From Patescibacteria group bacterium (lineage in GTDB: Bacteria > Patescibacteriota > JABMPQ01 > JAHIRA01), in assembly GCA_018818205.1 (NCBI GenBank), contig JAHISJ010000023.1, forward strand, positions 173,428-237,427: a stretch of DNA of 64,000 nucleotides, written 5' to 3'. Of the stretch, positions 48,702 through 59,897 are shown piece after piece; position 1 is the first letter of the stretch, and each line of letters starts with the position of its first letter. Position numbers and translations under genes: made by a program. The notes under the pieces are model-generated. The model had not been told where the DNA came from, ran no database searches, and saw nothing but the letters and a program-made list of their open reading frames with translations.

Positions 48702-49547
48702 ATGAGTATCCAAGAGAGAATCCAAAATATAGTAACTGGCTACGTAACCCAGTTTTTTGAGATTCTCCCACAAATTATTGTGGGAATCATTATTTTGGTC
48801 ATTTTTATTCTTCTTGCAAGAGGTCTTGCTAGATTTGTTCAAAAAAAAATTGTATGCCGCATTAAAGATAAACTTCTCTCTAACCTTCTTATTAAAATCG
48901 CGCAATGGACAATAATAGTCATTGGCATTGCATTTGCTCTTCAGGTAGTTGGACTTGGAAGAATTGCAACGAGCATTCTTGCAGGCGCGGGAGTCTCCGC
49001 GTTTATCATCGGCTTTGCTTTTAAAGATATTGCAGAAAATTTCTTGTCCGGCATAATACTTGCATACAATAGACCATTCACTATTGGCGACACAGTGAAG
49101 TCTGAAAATAGTATTGGTACAGTGATATCGATTGATCTTAGGAACACGCAGTTAAAAACCTTTGACGGTAAAGATGTCTTCATACCTAATGCAACAATTC
49201 TAAAAAACCCACTGTACAATCATACACGAGATGGATTTCTACGCTATGATTTTAGTATCGGTATTGATTATCAGGAAGATATCCAAAACGTGTCAGATAT
49301 CATTATTGGTACTCTCAAAAATGTAATTGGTATTGTGGCGGATAAAAAACCATCGGTACTTGTTGAAGAATTTGGTGAATCTACAGTAAAATTAAAGGTT
49401 CAATTTTGGGCTGATCCTGATAATAAGGATCTATCTGCACTTAAAATAAAAAACAACGCAGCTATTATGGTTAAAAAAACGCTTTCTGAAAAGGGAATAA
49501 AGCTTCCAAACCATATTACTGAAGTTGAGATTTTGAATCAAAAATAA
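48702..49547 (+). CDS. mscS: Small-conductance mechanosensitive channel
   Basis: GFAFKDI.ENFLSG, RPF.IGD, T.DG..VFIPN. Confidence 0.9.
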   Translation: MSIQERIQNIVTGYVTQFFEILPQIIVGIIILVIFILLARGLARFVQKKIVCRIKDKLLSNLLIKIAQWTIIVIGIAFALQVVGLGRIATSILAGAGVSAFIIGFAFKDIAENFLSGIILAYNRPFTIGDTVKSENSIGTVISIDLRNTQLKTFDGKDVFIPNATILKNPLYNHTRDGFLRYDFSIGIDYQEDIQNVSDIIIGTLKNVIGIVADKKPSVLVEEFGESTVKLKVQFWADPDNKDLSALKIKNNAAIMVKKTLSEKGIKLPNHITEVEILNQK

Positions 49548-49587
49548 AAAAAATCAGCATAGCTCAATGTGAACTATGCTTTGTGCA

Positions 49588-50046
49588 TCAATTTATAGCT
49601 AAGAAAAGTGTACAGCCATCAATAAAACTTTCATTGCACGGTACACATGTGACGGTATGCTCGTCTCCAAAAGTGGCCTCATACAAATCATTATTCGTGT
49701 TACTTTCAAGGGCCTTGATCTGAATGCTGTTGAGTGTTTTGCAAACCACCCTCCATACATGAGCACAAAATGCTCTGTGCTGAGCATTACAACTTTCTAA
49801 CGTATAGCTAGAAGAACCTCTTTGACACTTAATGGTCATTTCTCTTTTGCTCGTACGTGATGTAATTCTCAGAAAATGTACTACTATTGAAGTAGACTGA
49901 AAAAAAGCAAAGACATGAAACTTGAACCGTGTGACACAAAGATGTCCCTTTAGCTCCTCTGTAACACATACGTAAAATTCTGCTACACACTGTTGGGACT
50001 TTTTGTAGTAACTCGCCCAGGTGGGCTCTATCATCATTACTTGCAT
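49588..50046 (-). CDS. Hypothetical protein
   Basis: 152-aa ORF with GGAGG SD 4 nt upstream of ATG; no recognised domain. Confidence 0.45.
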   Translation of the reverse strand: MQVMMIEPTWASYYKKSQQCVAEFYVCVTEELKGHLCVTRFKFHVFAFFQSTSIVVHFLRITSRTSKREMTIKCQRGSSSYTLESCNAQHRAFCAHVWRVVCKTLNSIQIKALESNTNNDLYEATFGDEHTVTCVPCNESFIDGCTLFLAIN

Positions 50047-50219
50047 TTTTCCTCCAGAAATACCGACAAATGTTCTTGCAATTAGCGTACAAGAATATTC
50101 TCATACACACAAGCCAAGAAAGATGTTATAGTAAAGTATGTATTGTTACATAGAAGAAAAACTAATCTTGCTCTCTTTGAAGAATTTTTTGATTATATAG
50201 AATTTATCCCTAAAAACCA

Positions 50220-51173
50220 ATGAAAAAGAAAATATTAGTGACAGGCTCGCTTGCGCATGATTACATTATGAATTTTCCAGACTCGTTCAAAAATCATATC
50301 ATGCCAGAGAAAATCCACATATTAAGCGTCAGCTTTGTTGCAGATACGTTAAACAAGCAACAGGGAGGAACAGCAGGAAACATTGCATATACACTCAAGC
50401 TTCTTGGAGAAGAGCCACTAATTTTTTCGACGGTAGGAAACGATTTTGATCAGTACGAATCGTGGCTTAAAAAAAAGAAGATAGACACAACACACATTAA
50501 ACACTACGAGAAGGAACTCACTGCTTCATGCCATATTGTAACCGACAAAGATGATAATCAAATCAGTGCGTTCCATGGTGGTGCCATGTTCAAAAATGAC
50601 ATCTCGTTAAAGCCAATATTAGACACAGAGGATATTGGTATGGCGATAGTATCACCAAACGGGAAAGACGGTATGCTCAGATATGTGTATGAACTTTCTG
50701 AAACAACTATACCCTTTATATTTGACCCCGGACAAAATATTCCACTTTTTTCTAAAGATGAGCTTAAAGAGTGCATTGCACGCTCAACTATGCTTATTGT
50801 TAACGACTATGAATTGGCGCTCATAGAGAAGGGTTCCGGTTATACACTTGAAACACTTAAAAATATGCTGGAATATGTAATAGTGACTCTAGGTAAAAAA
50901 GGGTCGATTATTCATGACAAAAACAACTCTATTCGAATACCTCCTGCAAAACCGGAAAATACAAGCGATCCTACTGGAGCTGGAGATGCATTTAGAGCAG
51001 GACTCATTAAAGGACTCATAAACAACACAGGGCTTGAAACTGCCGGAAAAATAGGCTCGGTTTCGTCAGTATATACTGTAGAGAAGTATGGAACGCAGAC
51101 ACATGCGTTTACTATGAAGGAATTTAATAAGCGATTCAAAGATAATTTTGGAAAGCAGCTTAAGATATCATAA
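50220..51173 (+). CDS. PfkB-family kinase, probably adenosine kinase
   Basis: GSLAHD, GGTAGNIAY, FDPGQ, NDYE, DPTGAGDAFRAG; adjacent to ahcY. Confidence 0.88.
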   Translation: MKKKILVTGSLAHDYIMNFPDSFKNHIMPEKIHILSVSFVADTLNKQQGGTAGNIAYTLKLLGEEPLIFSTVGNDFDQYESWLKKKKIDTTHIKHYEKELTASCHIVTDKDDNQISAFHGGAMFKNDISLKPILDTEDIGMAIVSPNGKDGMLRYVYELSETTIPFIFDPGQNIPLFSKDELKECIARSTMLIVNDYELALIEKGSGYTLETLKNMLEYVIVTLGKKGSIIHDKNNSIRIPPAKPENTSDPTGAGDAFRAGLIKGLINNTGLETAGKIGSVSSVYTVEKYGTQTHAFTMKEFNKRFKDNFGKQLKIS

Positions 51174-51181
51174 ATCAATAA

Positions 51182-52447
<1,266 letters not shown>

Positions 52448-52534
52448 AAAACAAATAATCACAGTGTACTCATATTGGGTAATTTGATACGATATACCTA
52501 AGCGGAGATATTTTACAAAGATAAGAAGAAAACA

Positions 52535-52843
52535 ATGTCTCCAAATGATAAGAAGGAAATATACGGGATAATACTTGAGGCTTTTGATGTGGTCTTAATC
52601 CCGGCAATGGATACCATGATTGATGAAAAGCTCGACGAAAAACTAGATGAGAAGCTTGATGAAAAACTCAAAGACTATCCTACACGCAAAGAAAATATTG
52701 AGCTAATAGAACCCATAATGACTGAGCTTAAAGCTATTCGTCAAGAAAACGCCATGTTTCTTGCATGGGCAAAAAGACATGAAGACAAAATTGAAAACCA
52801 TGAGCATAGAATCAGCAACGTAGAAACAGTTCTCGAAGTATAA
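52535..52843 (+). CDS. Small coiled-coil hypothetical protein with (DEKL)x4 repeat
   Basis: DEKLDEKLDEKLDEKL from four diverged 12-bp units; C-terminal HE.RI..E. Confidence 0.7.
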   Translation: MSPNDKKEIYGIILEAFDVVLIPAMDTMIDEKLDEKLDEKLDEKLKDYPTRKENIELIEPIMTELKAIRQENAMFLAWAKRHEDKIENHEHRISNVETVLEV

Positions 52844-52859
52844 TAAAACACTGTACTAT

Positions 52860-52885
52860 AAAAAGAGCTTCCTGAAGCTCTTTTT
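52860..52885. terminator. Bidirectional intrinsic terminator
   Basis: aaaaagagcttc-ct-gaagctcttttt between convergent genes. Confidence 0.75.
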
Positions 52886-52899
52886 AAATTTGAAATGTA

Positions 52900-53715
52900 T
52901 TATTTTTGAAGTCTCTCCTCAAGCACCCACTCATCAAAACCTCCAACGAGCGTTTTAACTTGCGTGTAACGATCTGTAATGAGCTCCTGAGCCGCAATAT
53001 CGGCTTTTGTACTATCAGCATCATACAATACAATAAAACGATTGTGCGGGATGCTATCACGATTATTTGCAAACTCAAAAAAAGGAATATTTTCTGCACC
53101 TGGAATATGTTTCTTTGCATACTCCTCAGCGTCTCTTAAATCGAAAATAACAATATCTTCATTATCCTTAATCTTCTGTTCAAGCGTATCACCACTAATC
53201 TTGGGGACGTTAATCTCATCTTGCGTTACCGTTGGATAGCCCAATTTCTCCCATCCAATCCACCCATCTGTATGATCTCTTACATCAGGATATCCTTCAG
53301 ACATAAGTAAGCGAGAAATTTTACTCGAAAGATTACATCCAGACTCGTCACCAGAGCTTGAAACAATAACAATTTGATCCATGGGAAGTTCTGCAATGTT
53401 AGCAACTATTTCATCGTGAGGAAATGATTGAGAACCCGGAATATGTTTTTTATGATAATTCTCCCTACTTTCAGGGTTCAAAATAACAAACTCTTTATCG
53501 CTTTCTATAAGATCTCTGAGTGCATGAGAAGAAATTTCAGGTGCATCATCCGCCTGGGCCTCCTCATCAAAATCTTCAAATACTTTGTCGGAGAGTTCTT
53601 CGTCAGTTTTTTTATCACCATTAAATCCACGTATAAACAAAAACAAAGATACCGCAACAGCGACTATCAGAAAAATTGCTAGAATAATATCCTTTTTTGA
53701 CGGTTTTTTACTCAT
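52900..53715 (-). CDS. Membrane-anchored tandem rhodanese-like domain protein
   Basis: Two HIPG(S/A) rhodanese repeats with G(W/F)..W ends; N-terminal TM. Confidence 0.85.
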   Translation of the reverse strand: MSKKPSKKDIILAIFLIVAVAVSLFLFIRGFNGDKKTDEELSDKVFEDFDEEAQADDAPEISSHALRDLIESDKEFVILNPESRENYHKKHIPGSQSFPHDEIVANIAELPMDQIVIVSSSGDESGCNLSSKISRLLMSEGYPDVRDHTDGWIGWEKLGYPTVTQDEINVPKISGDTLEQKIKDNEDIVIFDLRDAEEYAKKHIPGAENIPFFEFANNRDSIPHNRFIVLYDADSTKADIAAQELITDRYTQVKTLVGGFDEWVLEERLQK

Positions 53716-54665
53716 GAAAGTAACGACTTATACCCTAAAACAAATTCATTATTTGAAAGTTCCCTTTTTCCTTCAATTTGGAGTGCTTTTGGAACAATGT
53801 ATCCCGTAGAGCACAGTATAGCACACTCACCTGAGTTCGTAATAAAAAATGTTCCCTGAGAATGTGCATACTTCTTTGAACTATATCCTTTTGGAAGTGT
53901 GATTTTAATCCGTTTCTTTCCTAAAAATGTGTATAACCCCGGCCAAGGATAAAAAGCACGCCCTTGATTTTCTATGTGAGTAGCGCTTTTTGAGAAATCA
54001 ATCACGCCATCGGCTCGATTGATGAGCTTAGAATAGGTAGCGAGAGAATCATTCTGCTTCTTGGGCCTTACATTTTGGTTTAAGATATCCGGGAGCTTAT
54101 TTACAAGAAGTTTTGAACCCTCTTTTGCAATTTTATCATGTAGTGTCTTGGCATTATCGTTTGTTGAAATAATCAGTTTTTTTTGAAATAAAATAGCACC
54201 AGTATCCATACCGGAATCGAGCTGCATTATTGTAATACCTGTTTTTTTATCACCATTTTGAAGCGCCCACTGAATAGGGGAGGGGCCACGATATTTTGGT
54301 AAAAGTGAAGGATGAATATTAATAAAACCATATGTTGGAACAGAAAGAATATTTGCGGGAATTATTTTTCCATACGCAACAACTACCACAATATCAGGCT
54401 TAAACTCATTAAGTTTTTGAGAAAATTTTGTGTTCTTTTTTAGGCTTTTTGGCTCTAACACAGGAATATTGTTTTTCAAAGCGGTTTCTTTTACCGGTGA
54501 AGAAATCATTTTTTGCTTTCGCCCCATTTTTTTATCAGGCTGCGTTACTACAGCAGCTACAGTGAATCTCTCTTTAATTAAGGTAGATAAAAAAGGAACA
54601 GCAAATTCAGGTGTTCCAAAAAACACTATTCGTTTACTGCTTAGATTTTTTGTATTACTTGTCAC
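53712..54665 (-). CDS. fmt: Methionyl-tRNA formyltransferase
   Basis: FFGTPEFA, VVTQPD, NIHPSLLPKYRG.SPIQ, MDTG. Confidence 0.96.
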   Translation of the reverse strand: MTSNTKNLSSKRIVFFGTPEFAVPFLSTLIKERFTVAAVVTQPDKKMGRKQKMISSPVKETALKNNIPVLEPKSLKKNTKFSQKLNEFKPDIVVVVAYGKIIPANILSVPTYGFINIHPSLLPKYRGPSPIQWALQNGDKKTGITIMQLDSGMDTGAILFQKKLIISTNDNAKTLHDKIAKEGSKLLVNKLPDILNQNVRPKKQNDSLATYSKLINRADGVIDFSKSATHIENQGRAFYPWPGLYTFLGKKRIKITLPKGYSSKKYAHSQGTFFITNSGECAILCSTGYIVPKALQIEGKRELSNNEFVLGYKSLLS

Positions 54666-55095
54666 AAATTAACACTCCATTTAGATGATCTATCTCATGC
54701 TGCATAATACGTGAATGAAGTCCTTTTGCTTTATCTTTTATTTTATTTCCTTCAAGATCAATGTATTTAATCCTAATCTTTTTGCTTCTCTCAACTAAAT
54801 ACTCATCACCGGGAAGTGAGAGACAGCCCTCAGTATCTACATGTTTTTCTTTAGAAAAAAAAGTGATTTCTGGATTTATCATAATAATGGGTTCACCACC
54901 AAAATCCACCACAACCATACGAACTGGTTTATCTACCTGAGGAGCAGCGAGGCCTGCACCTTTTTCTTCACGCATTGTTTCTATCATTTCTTCTGAAAAC
55001 TTTTGCAGATCAAAAGAAAGGTTCTCAAGGTCAATTTCTTCTGTCCTTGTCCGTAGAATCTTATTTCCCTCGCCAGTTTGTAGAGGAGTAGACAT
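54655..55095 (-). CDS. def: Peptide deformylase
   Basis: GAGLAAPQV, EGCLS, QHEIDHLNG. Confidence 0.96.
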   Translation of the reverse strand: MSTPLQTGEGNKILRTRTEEIDLENLSFDLQKFSEEMIETMREEKGAGLAAPQVDKPVRMVVVDFGGEPIIMINPEITFFSKEKHVDTEGCLSLPGDEYLVERSKKIRIKYIDLEGNKIKDKAKGLHSRIMQHEIDHLNGVLICDK

Positions 55096-55217
55096 AGTAT
55101 TTATACGATAGCCTTCGTTACTATTTTAGCTTATTTCATGGAAAAAGTCAAGTAAATCTACGCTCACACAATAAGGAAAATATGTTATACTAAAGAAGAT
55201 TTATAACAAAAATACAT

Positions 55218-56621
55218 ATGAAAAAAATATCCATACTGCTTTTCCTTTTTTTCGCATCATTCTTTTTACTAACAAGTAACGCTCTTGCAGAACAATCTCA
55301 CGATCCACTCGTAAAAGTATTTAACGCAAATTCACACCGAGAAGACACCCACTTCAAAGCATATACTGAAAGCTTTAAAGGCGGGGTTAACGTTGCTATA
55401 GGAGACGTTAATGGTAACGGCAAAAACGAAATTATAACCGGAGCAGGACCAACAGGCTCACCAGAAGTACGAATATACGATTCTTCCGGCAATTTTACCG
55501 GAAAAAGCTTTATTGCGTTTCACCCGGATTTTAGAGGTGGCGTAAAGGTTGCAGCTGGAGATACCGACAATGACGGGCGAGATGAGATCATAGTCTCGCA
55601 AGAATCAAAAGGAGAGCCGTGGGTTAAAGTGTATGATTGTGACAAGCAATGCAGTGTTAAAAGTACCTTTCTTGCTTTTGGCAGGAACTTCAAAGGAGGA
55701 GTATCAGTAGCAGCAGGCGACACAGATGCAAATGGAAAGGCGGAAATCATCGTCGGTGCCGGCATGGGCGGTGGCCCACAAGTAAGACTGCTTGATGAAT
55801 TTGGTAATTTTGTTGGGTTTAGCACCTTTGCTTTTTCTGAACAGTTTAGAGGAGGCGTTAATGTTGCGTCAGGAGATTTAACCGGAGATGGCAAGGAAGA
55901 CATTATTGTTTCACAAGGGAATATGGGACAAGCATGGATTAAAGCCTACGACGGTACAGACAAGCGCGTGATAGGTAACTTTATGGCCTTTATTCCTCAG
56001 CATAAAGGCGGTGCATATGTTGCCAGTTCAGATATAGATAATGATGGCAAAGAAGAAATTATTGCAAGTGTGGGGGACCAGGGTGGACCACAAATCATGG
56101 TTTATAGACATGATGGGCACATAGAAGATTACGGATTTTTTGCTTACGACAAAAGTTTTAGAGGAGGCGTTACTGTTGCGGCAGGTGGGCTCGACAATAC
56201 TCAAAAAATTGTCACCGGGCCAGGGCACTCAGTGGTTGAGGGAAGAACGGATCTTCATAAATATATTGAAATTAATCTTTCCACCGCACATATCTACGCA
56301 TATGAAGATGGAATTAAAGTTGTAGAAAGCCTTATTTCTGCTGGAAGACCAGGCATGCGCACGCCAACAGGTACATTTAGAGTAAGAAGAAAAGAGGTTA
56401 ACCACTGGTCAGGTTCGTATGGCTTATGGATGCCATACAGTCTAAACTTTACTGGGTCATACTATATTCACAAGCTTCCAGTGTGGCCATCGGGTTATGT
56501 AGAGGGGGAAAGTCACCTTGGTTTGAATGTTTCACATGGCTGTGTACGCGTTTCCAATGAAGCGGCACCAAAATTGTTTGAGTTTGCTGATATCGGGACA
56601 CCGATTTTTATTCATTACTAA
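55218..56621 (+). CDS. Secreted FG-GAP-repeat protein with C-terminal L,D-transpeptidase (YkuD) domain
   Basis: Signal peptide; repeated F.GGV.VA.GD..G.G..EII; TPTGTF, YYIH...SHGCVRV. Confidence 0.88.
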   Translation: MKKISILLFLFFASFFLLTSNALAEQSHDPLVKVFNANSHREDTHFKAYTESFKGGVNVAIGDVNGNGKNEIITGAGPTGSPEVRIYDSSGNFTGKSFIAFHPDFRGGVKVAAGDTDNDGRDEIIVSQESKGEPWVKVYDCDKQCSVKSTFLAFGRNFKGGVSVAAGDTDANGKAEIIVGAGMGGGPQVRLLDEFGNFVGFSTFAFSEQFRGGVNVASGDLTGDGKEDIIVSQGNMGQAWIKAYDGTDKRVIGNFMAFIPQHKGGAYVASSDIDNDGKEEIIASVGDQGGPQIMVYRHDGHIEDYGFFAYDKSFRGGVTVAAGGLDNTQKIVTGPGHSVVEGRTDLHKYIEINLSTAHIYAYEDGIKVVESLISAGRPGMRTPTGTFRVRRKEVNHWSGSYGLWMPYSLNFTGSYYIHKLPVWPSGYVEGESHLGLNVSHGCVRVSNEAAPKLFEFADIGTPIFIHY

Positions 56622-56688
56622 AAAAGCTCTCCTATACAAAGTATTAGGATTCGAGTCCCGCCTCGTTTCCTTTTTTGTTTTCTAAAAT

Positions 56689-58698
56689 TTAAAGTAAGTT
56701 CACCGGATCAACATCAATCTTCCAGTTTTGATCAAGCGTATTTGAAAGTACCTCTTTTATTTTATTTTGAGAGGATTTTGAAAATTTAAGAATAATGTGC
56801 ACTCTATTTTTCCCTCTGACTTTTGGTATAAATGCTGGCGCTGGACCTAGAATATCACATTTGAGTGATTCTTTAGCAAAGCTCTTCTCTAACAAATCAA
56901 TCAACTGAGTTCCTTTGTGCAGAGCTGTCTCTTGTGAAACATGTTCAAAAATAAGTTTAATAAGCTTAGAAAATGGGGGATAGCCAAGATCTTTTCTCTC
57001 TTTAATCTCTGTTTTATAAAATGACTGAAAGTTATGATGTGCAACACTGCCAAATACAGTATTCTCGGGATAATACGTTTGAAGAACTACGGTTCCTCTT
57101 GAGTCTTTCCTTCCAGTCCTCCCAGCAACCTGGGTAAGCAACTGAAACGTTTGCTCTGTTGCTCTGAAGTCAGGGAAATTAAGTCCAATGTCAGCAGAGA
57201 CAACACCAACAAGATCAACTTTGGGGATATCCCACCCTTTTGTTATCATCTGCGTTCCAATCAAGAAGTCAATTCTATGATTACAAAAATCATCATAGAT
57301 TTTTTTATGCGCATGCTTTACTGCTGTTGTGTCTTTGTCCATTCTCCCAATACGCGCTTTTGGAAATAAGGTTTTAAGCTCACGTTCCACTTTTTCAGTG
57401 CCGCCACCAACATACTTTATTGCAGTGCTATTGCACTCAGGGCACGCTGTAGGTGCAGCCTCCCTCTTACCACAATGATGACATACCAGCCCCTTAAAAT
57501 CAGAGTACAAATGATACGTAAACGGAATATCACAGGAGCCACAGGTCGCAACATAACCACACTCTCTACAGCTGACAAACGTTGCCGTACCACGTCTATT
57601 AATAAAGAGTAGGGCTTGTCTCTTATTTGTAAGAATCGCAGAAAGTTTTTCCTGTAATACCTCAGAGAATACAGAAAAGTTCTTCTTTTTAAACTCTTCC
57701 TTCATATTCACTAACAAAACTTCCGGCATTTCTTTTTGATGTATCCGCTCAGAAAGTTCAAGGAGCGTATATTCTTTCTTTTCTGCTTTATTGTATGTTT
57801 CAACGTTAGGCGTGGCACTTCCAAGTACAAGAGGAGCATTAAATAGGTCAGACATTTTCTCAGCAACGGTGATTGCATTGTACCGAGGATTTTGATCATA
57901 CTGCTTAAAACTGACATCGTGTTCCTCATCAATAATAATCAGTCTAATATTTTCTGCGGGAGCAAACAGTGCAGACCGAGGACCAATAACTATCTGTGCA
58001 TCACCATTTTTTATCCGATCCCATTCAAAATATCTTTCACCAGCAGTCAGGCGGCTATGCAAAACCGCGATGGCGTCTTTAGAAAATCTCTTTTGAAATC
58101 GCTCAATGTTTTGTGGAACTAATGAAATCTCAGGTACCAGCAAAAGCACTTGTCCATTGTCTCCAAGCGCTTCCTTGATTGCTCGCATGTATACCTCCGT
58201 TTTTCCTGAGGCAGTTGGGCCGAGTAAGAGAAACCGATCATTCTTATGTGACTGAGTAGCATGGATAATTTTATCCGCGGCCTTTTTTTGATCACCTGTT
58301 AACTTGTGTGCTTCCTCGCGCACTTCAGCATCTAGACTTTTTTCATTCGAACGTTTTTTGACCTTTCTAGGTAGCATGAGCTTTAAAACCAAACCCAGAT
58401 TTGTCAGGTAGTAATTACTCACAAACTCAGCAAGTGAAAACTGTTTTTTAGAAATACGCGGCGCATCCGATACTACACCTAGAATGCCTTTAATTCTTTT
58501 AAATGAGGGATTTTTAACCTCTCTATACACAATGCCGGTACATTGTATCCTTCCAAACACTATTACTACTTCTTGACCAAACAGCAATTTTTCTTGCGAA
58601 GAATACGTAAAACCATAGACTATTCTTTTTTCAGCTAAAGATGTCCCTCGCTTTAGAGGGACATTGGTAAGAGGAATAATGTCAAAGTAATACGTCAT
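56689..58698 (-). CDS. priA: Primosomal protein N'
   Basis: GPTASGKTEVY, LVPEI, IIDEEHD, SATP, Cys-rich zinc region, GTQMI.KG.D, QVAGR.GR, IDVDP. Confidence 0.96.
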   Translation of the reverse strand: MTYYFDIIPLTNVPLKRGTSLAEKRIVYGFTYSSQEKLLFGQEVVIVFGRIQCTGIVYREVKNPSFKRIKGILGVVSDAPRISKKQFSLAEFVSNYYLTNLGLVLKLMLPRKVKKRSNEKSLDAEVREEAHKLTGDQKKAADKIIHATQSHKNDRFLLLGPTASGKTEVYMRAIKEALGDNGQVLLLVPEISLVPQNIERFQKRFSKDAIAVLHSRLTAGERYFEWDRIKNGDAQIVIGPRSALFAPAENIRLIIIDEEHDVSFKQYDQNPRYNAITVAEKMSDLFNAPLVLGSATPNVETYNKAEKKEYTLLELSERIHQKEMPEVLLVNMKEEFKKKNFSVFSEVLQEKLSAILTNKRQALLFINRRGTATFVSCRECGYVATCGSCDIPFTYHLYSDFKGLVCHHCGKREAAPTACPECNSTAIKYVGGGTEKVERELKTLFPKARIGRMDKDTTAVKHAHKKIYDDFCNHRIDFLIGTQMITKGWDIPKVDLVGVVSADIGLNFPDFRATEQTFQLLTQVAGRTGRKDSRGTVVLQTYYPENTVFGSVAHHNFQSFYKTEIKERKDLGYPPFSKLIKLIFEHVSQETALHKGTQLIDLLEKSFAKESLKCDILGPAPAFIPKVRGKNRVHIILKFSKSSQNKIKEVLSNTLDQNWKIDVDPVNLL

Positions 58699-58700
58699 GG

Positions 58701-59729
58701 TTAGTAGAGAAAAGTATTAATGAGTTTCTTTTGAACACGTTTGCTCCGTGCTGCCCAGTAGGTAAGTGGATTGCCAACTGCACGTACAAATCGTTTATGC
58801 TTCATGTAAAACCACAAAGGTTTCTCTGCTTTGTATTTATGTGCAATGATTTTTTGTAAATTATCGAGTGCATAGTCAGGATTTAAAATCTTTCTTACTG
58901 CTTCTTCACCGGAAACCATTGCAGGAAACATGCCTTCGCCAGTAAACGCATCAGTAAGTCCTGCTGCGTCTCCAACAAGAAAAATGTTGTCAAACTGAAA
59001 CCCACGGTAATCACAGTTAATTGCAGCACTTCTGAGCATACCCTTAGAGATATCAAAACCCCTTTCTTTAATCCAACCCTCAAAAAAAGTCCTCATAGTA
59101 GAAATAGGAACAACACTCTTAAACGCTCCTGTGCCGACTTCTGTAAACGTATCATGAGGAAAAATCCAAATATAAAAAGGGCCGAACCTCTTCAGATCGT
59201 AATAAATTTCAATATCACCCTCATAGACCTCTGGCATTTGATACTGAAGTGTTGGACCAATTTTTTCTGTGGGAACCTTTAGATACTTTCTAACCAAAGA
59301 GTTACTGCCATCAGCACCAATCAGATACTTAAAGGCATACTCTCTCCCCATTGAATCAGTAACATGATCTTTATCAATAGTTACTACTTCAGTTTCTTTA
59401 AGTATTGGACAGCCACTTTCTTCAGTCTGACTTGCCATATACTCACCAAGTCGTGTACGTGGTATGGTACCTACAGAATCTTTGGGAACAGAAACAATAA
59501 TTTTTTTACCTGCAACGTTAACAATTCCTCTGTCAAAAACTCTCCCTAAAAGCTTTTTAGGAACTCGTTTACCTATTTCCTTTCCAGTAAGTCCTCCCGC
59601 ACAGACTTTATCACCGATCACTGAATCTTTTTCCAAAATAACAACTCTCTTGCCGGCTTCAGCAAGTTTTTTCCCGGCACAAAGGCCACCGGGACCCGCA
59701 CCTACAATGACTACATCATACTGCTCCAT
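58701..59729 (-). CDS. Geranylgeranyl reductase-family FAD oxidoreductase
   Basis: VGAGPGG, K.CAGG, IGADGSNS, Y.WIFP, VGDAAG...TGEG. Confidence 0.85.
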   Translation of the reverse strand: MEQYDVVIVGAGPGGLCAGKKLAEAGKRVVILEKDSVIGDKVCAGGLTGKEIGKRVPKKLLGRVFDRGIVNVAGKKIIVSVPKDSVGTIPRTRLGEYMASQTEESGCPILKETEVVTIDKDHVTDSMGREYAFKYLIGADGSNSLVRKYLKVPTEKIGPTLQYQMPEVYEGDIEIYYDLKRFGPFYIWIFPHDTFTEVGTGAFKSVVPISTMRTFFEGWIKERGFDISKGMLRSAAINCDYRGFQFDNIFLVGDAAGLTDAFTGEGMFPAMVSGEEAVRKILNPDYALDNLQKIIAHKYKAEKPLWFYMKHKRFVRAVGNPLTYWAARSKRVQKKLINTFLY

Positions 59730-59897
59730 AAAATATAATAAAAAGTAACATACTTAGATTGTATCAAAAAAGAGTTATTTTGAAAGTGCAATAAAGAATA
59801 CGGCTTGAATACAGCAAGAAATGCCTGTGAAAAAAATAGCATTGTAAAAAGTCCTAAGATTATATTTAATTATAATAATGTGTAAACTAATCCAACT

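Noticed and set aside
56646-56665. ggattcgagtccc resembling a tRNA T-arm
   Set aside because: No acceptor stem, D-arm or anticodon arm can be folded around it.
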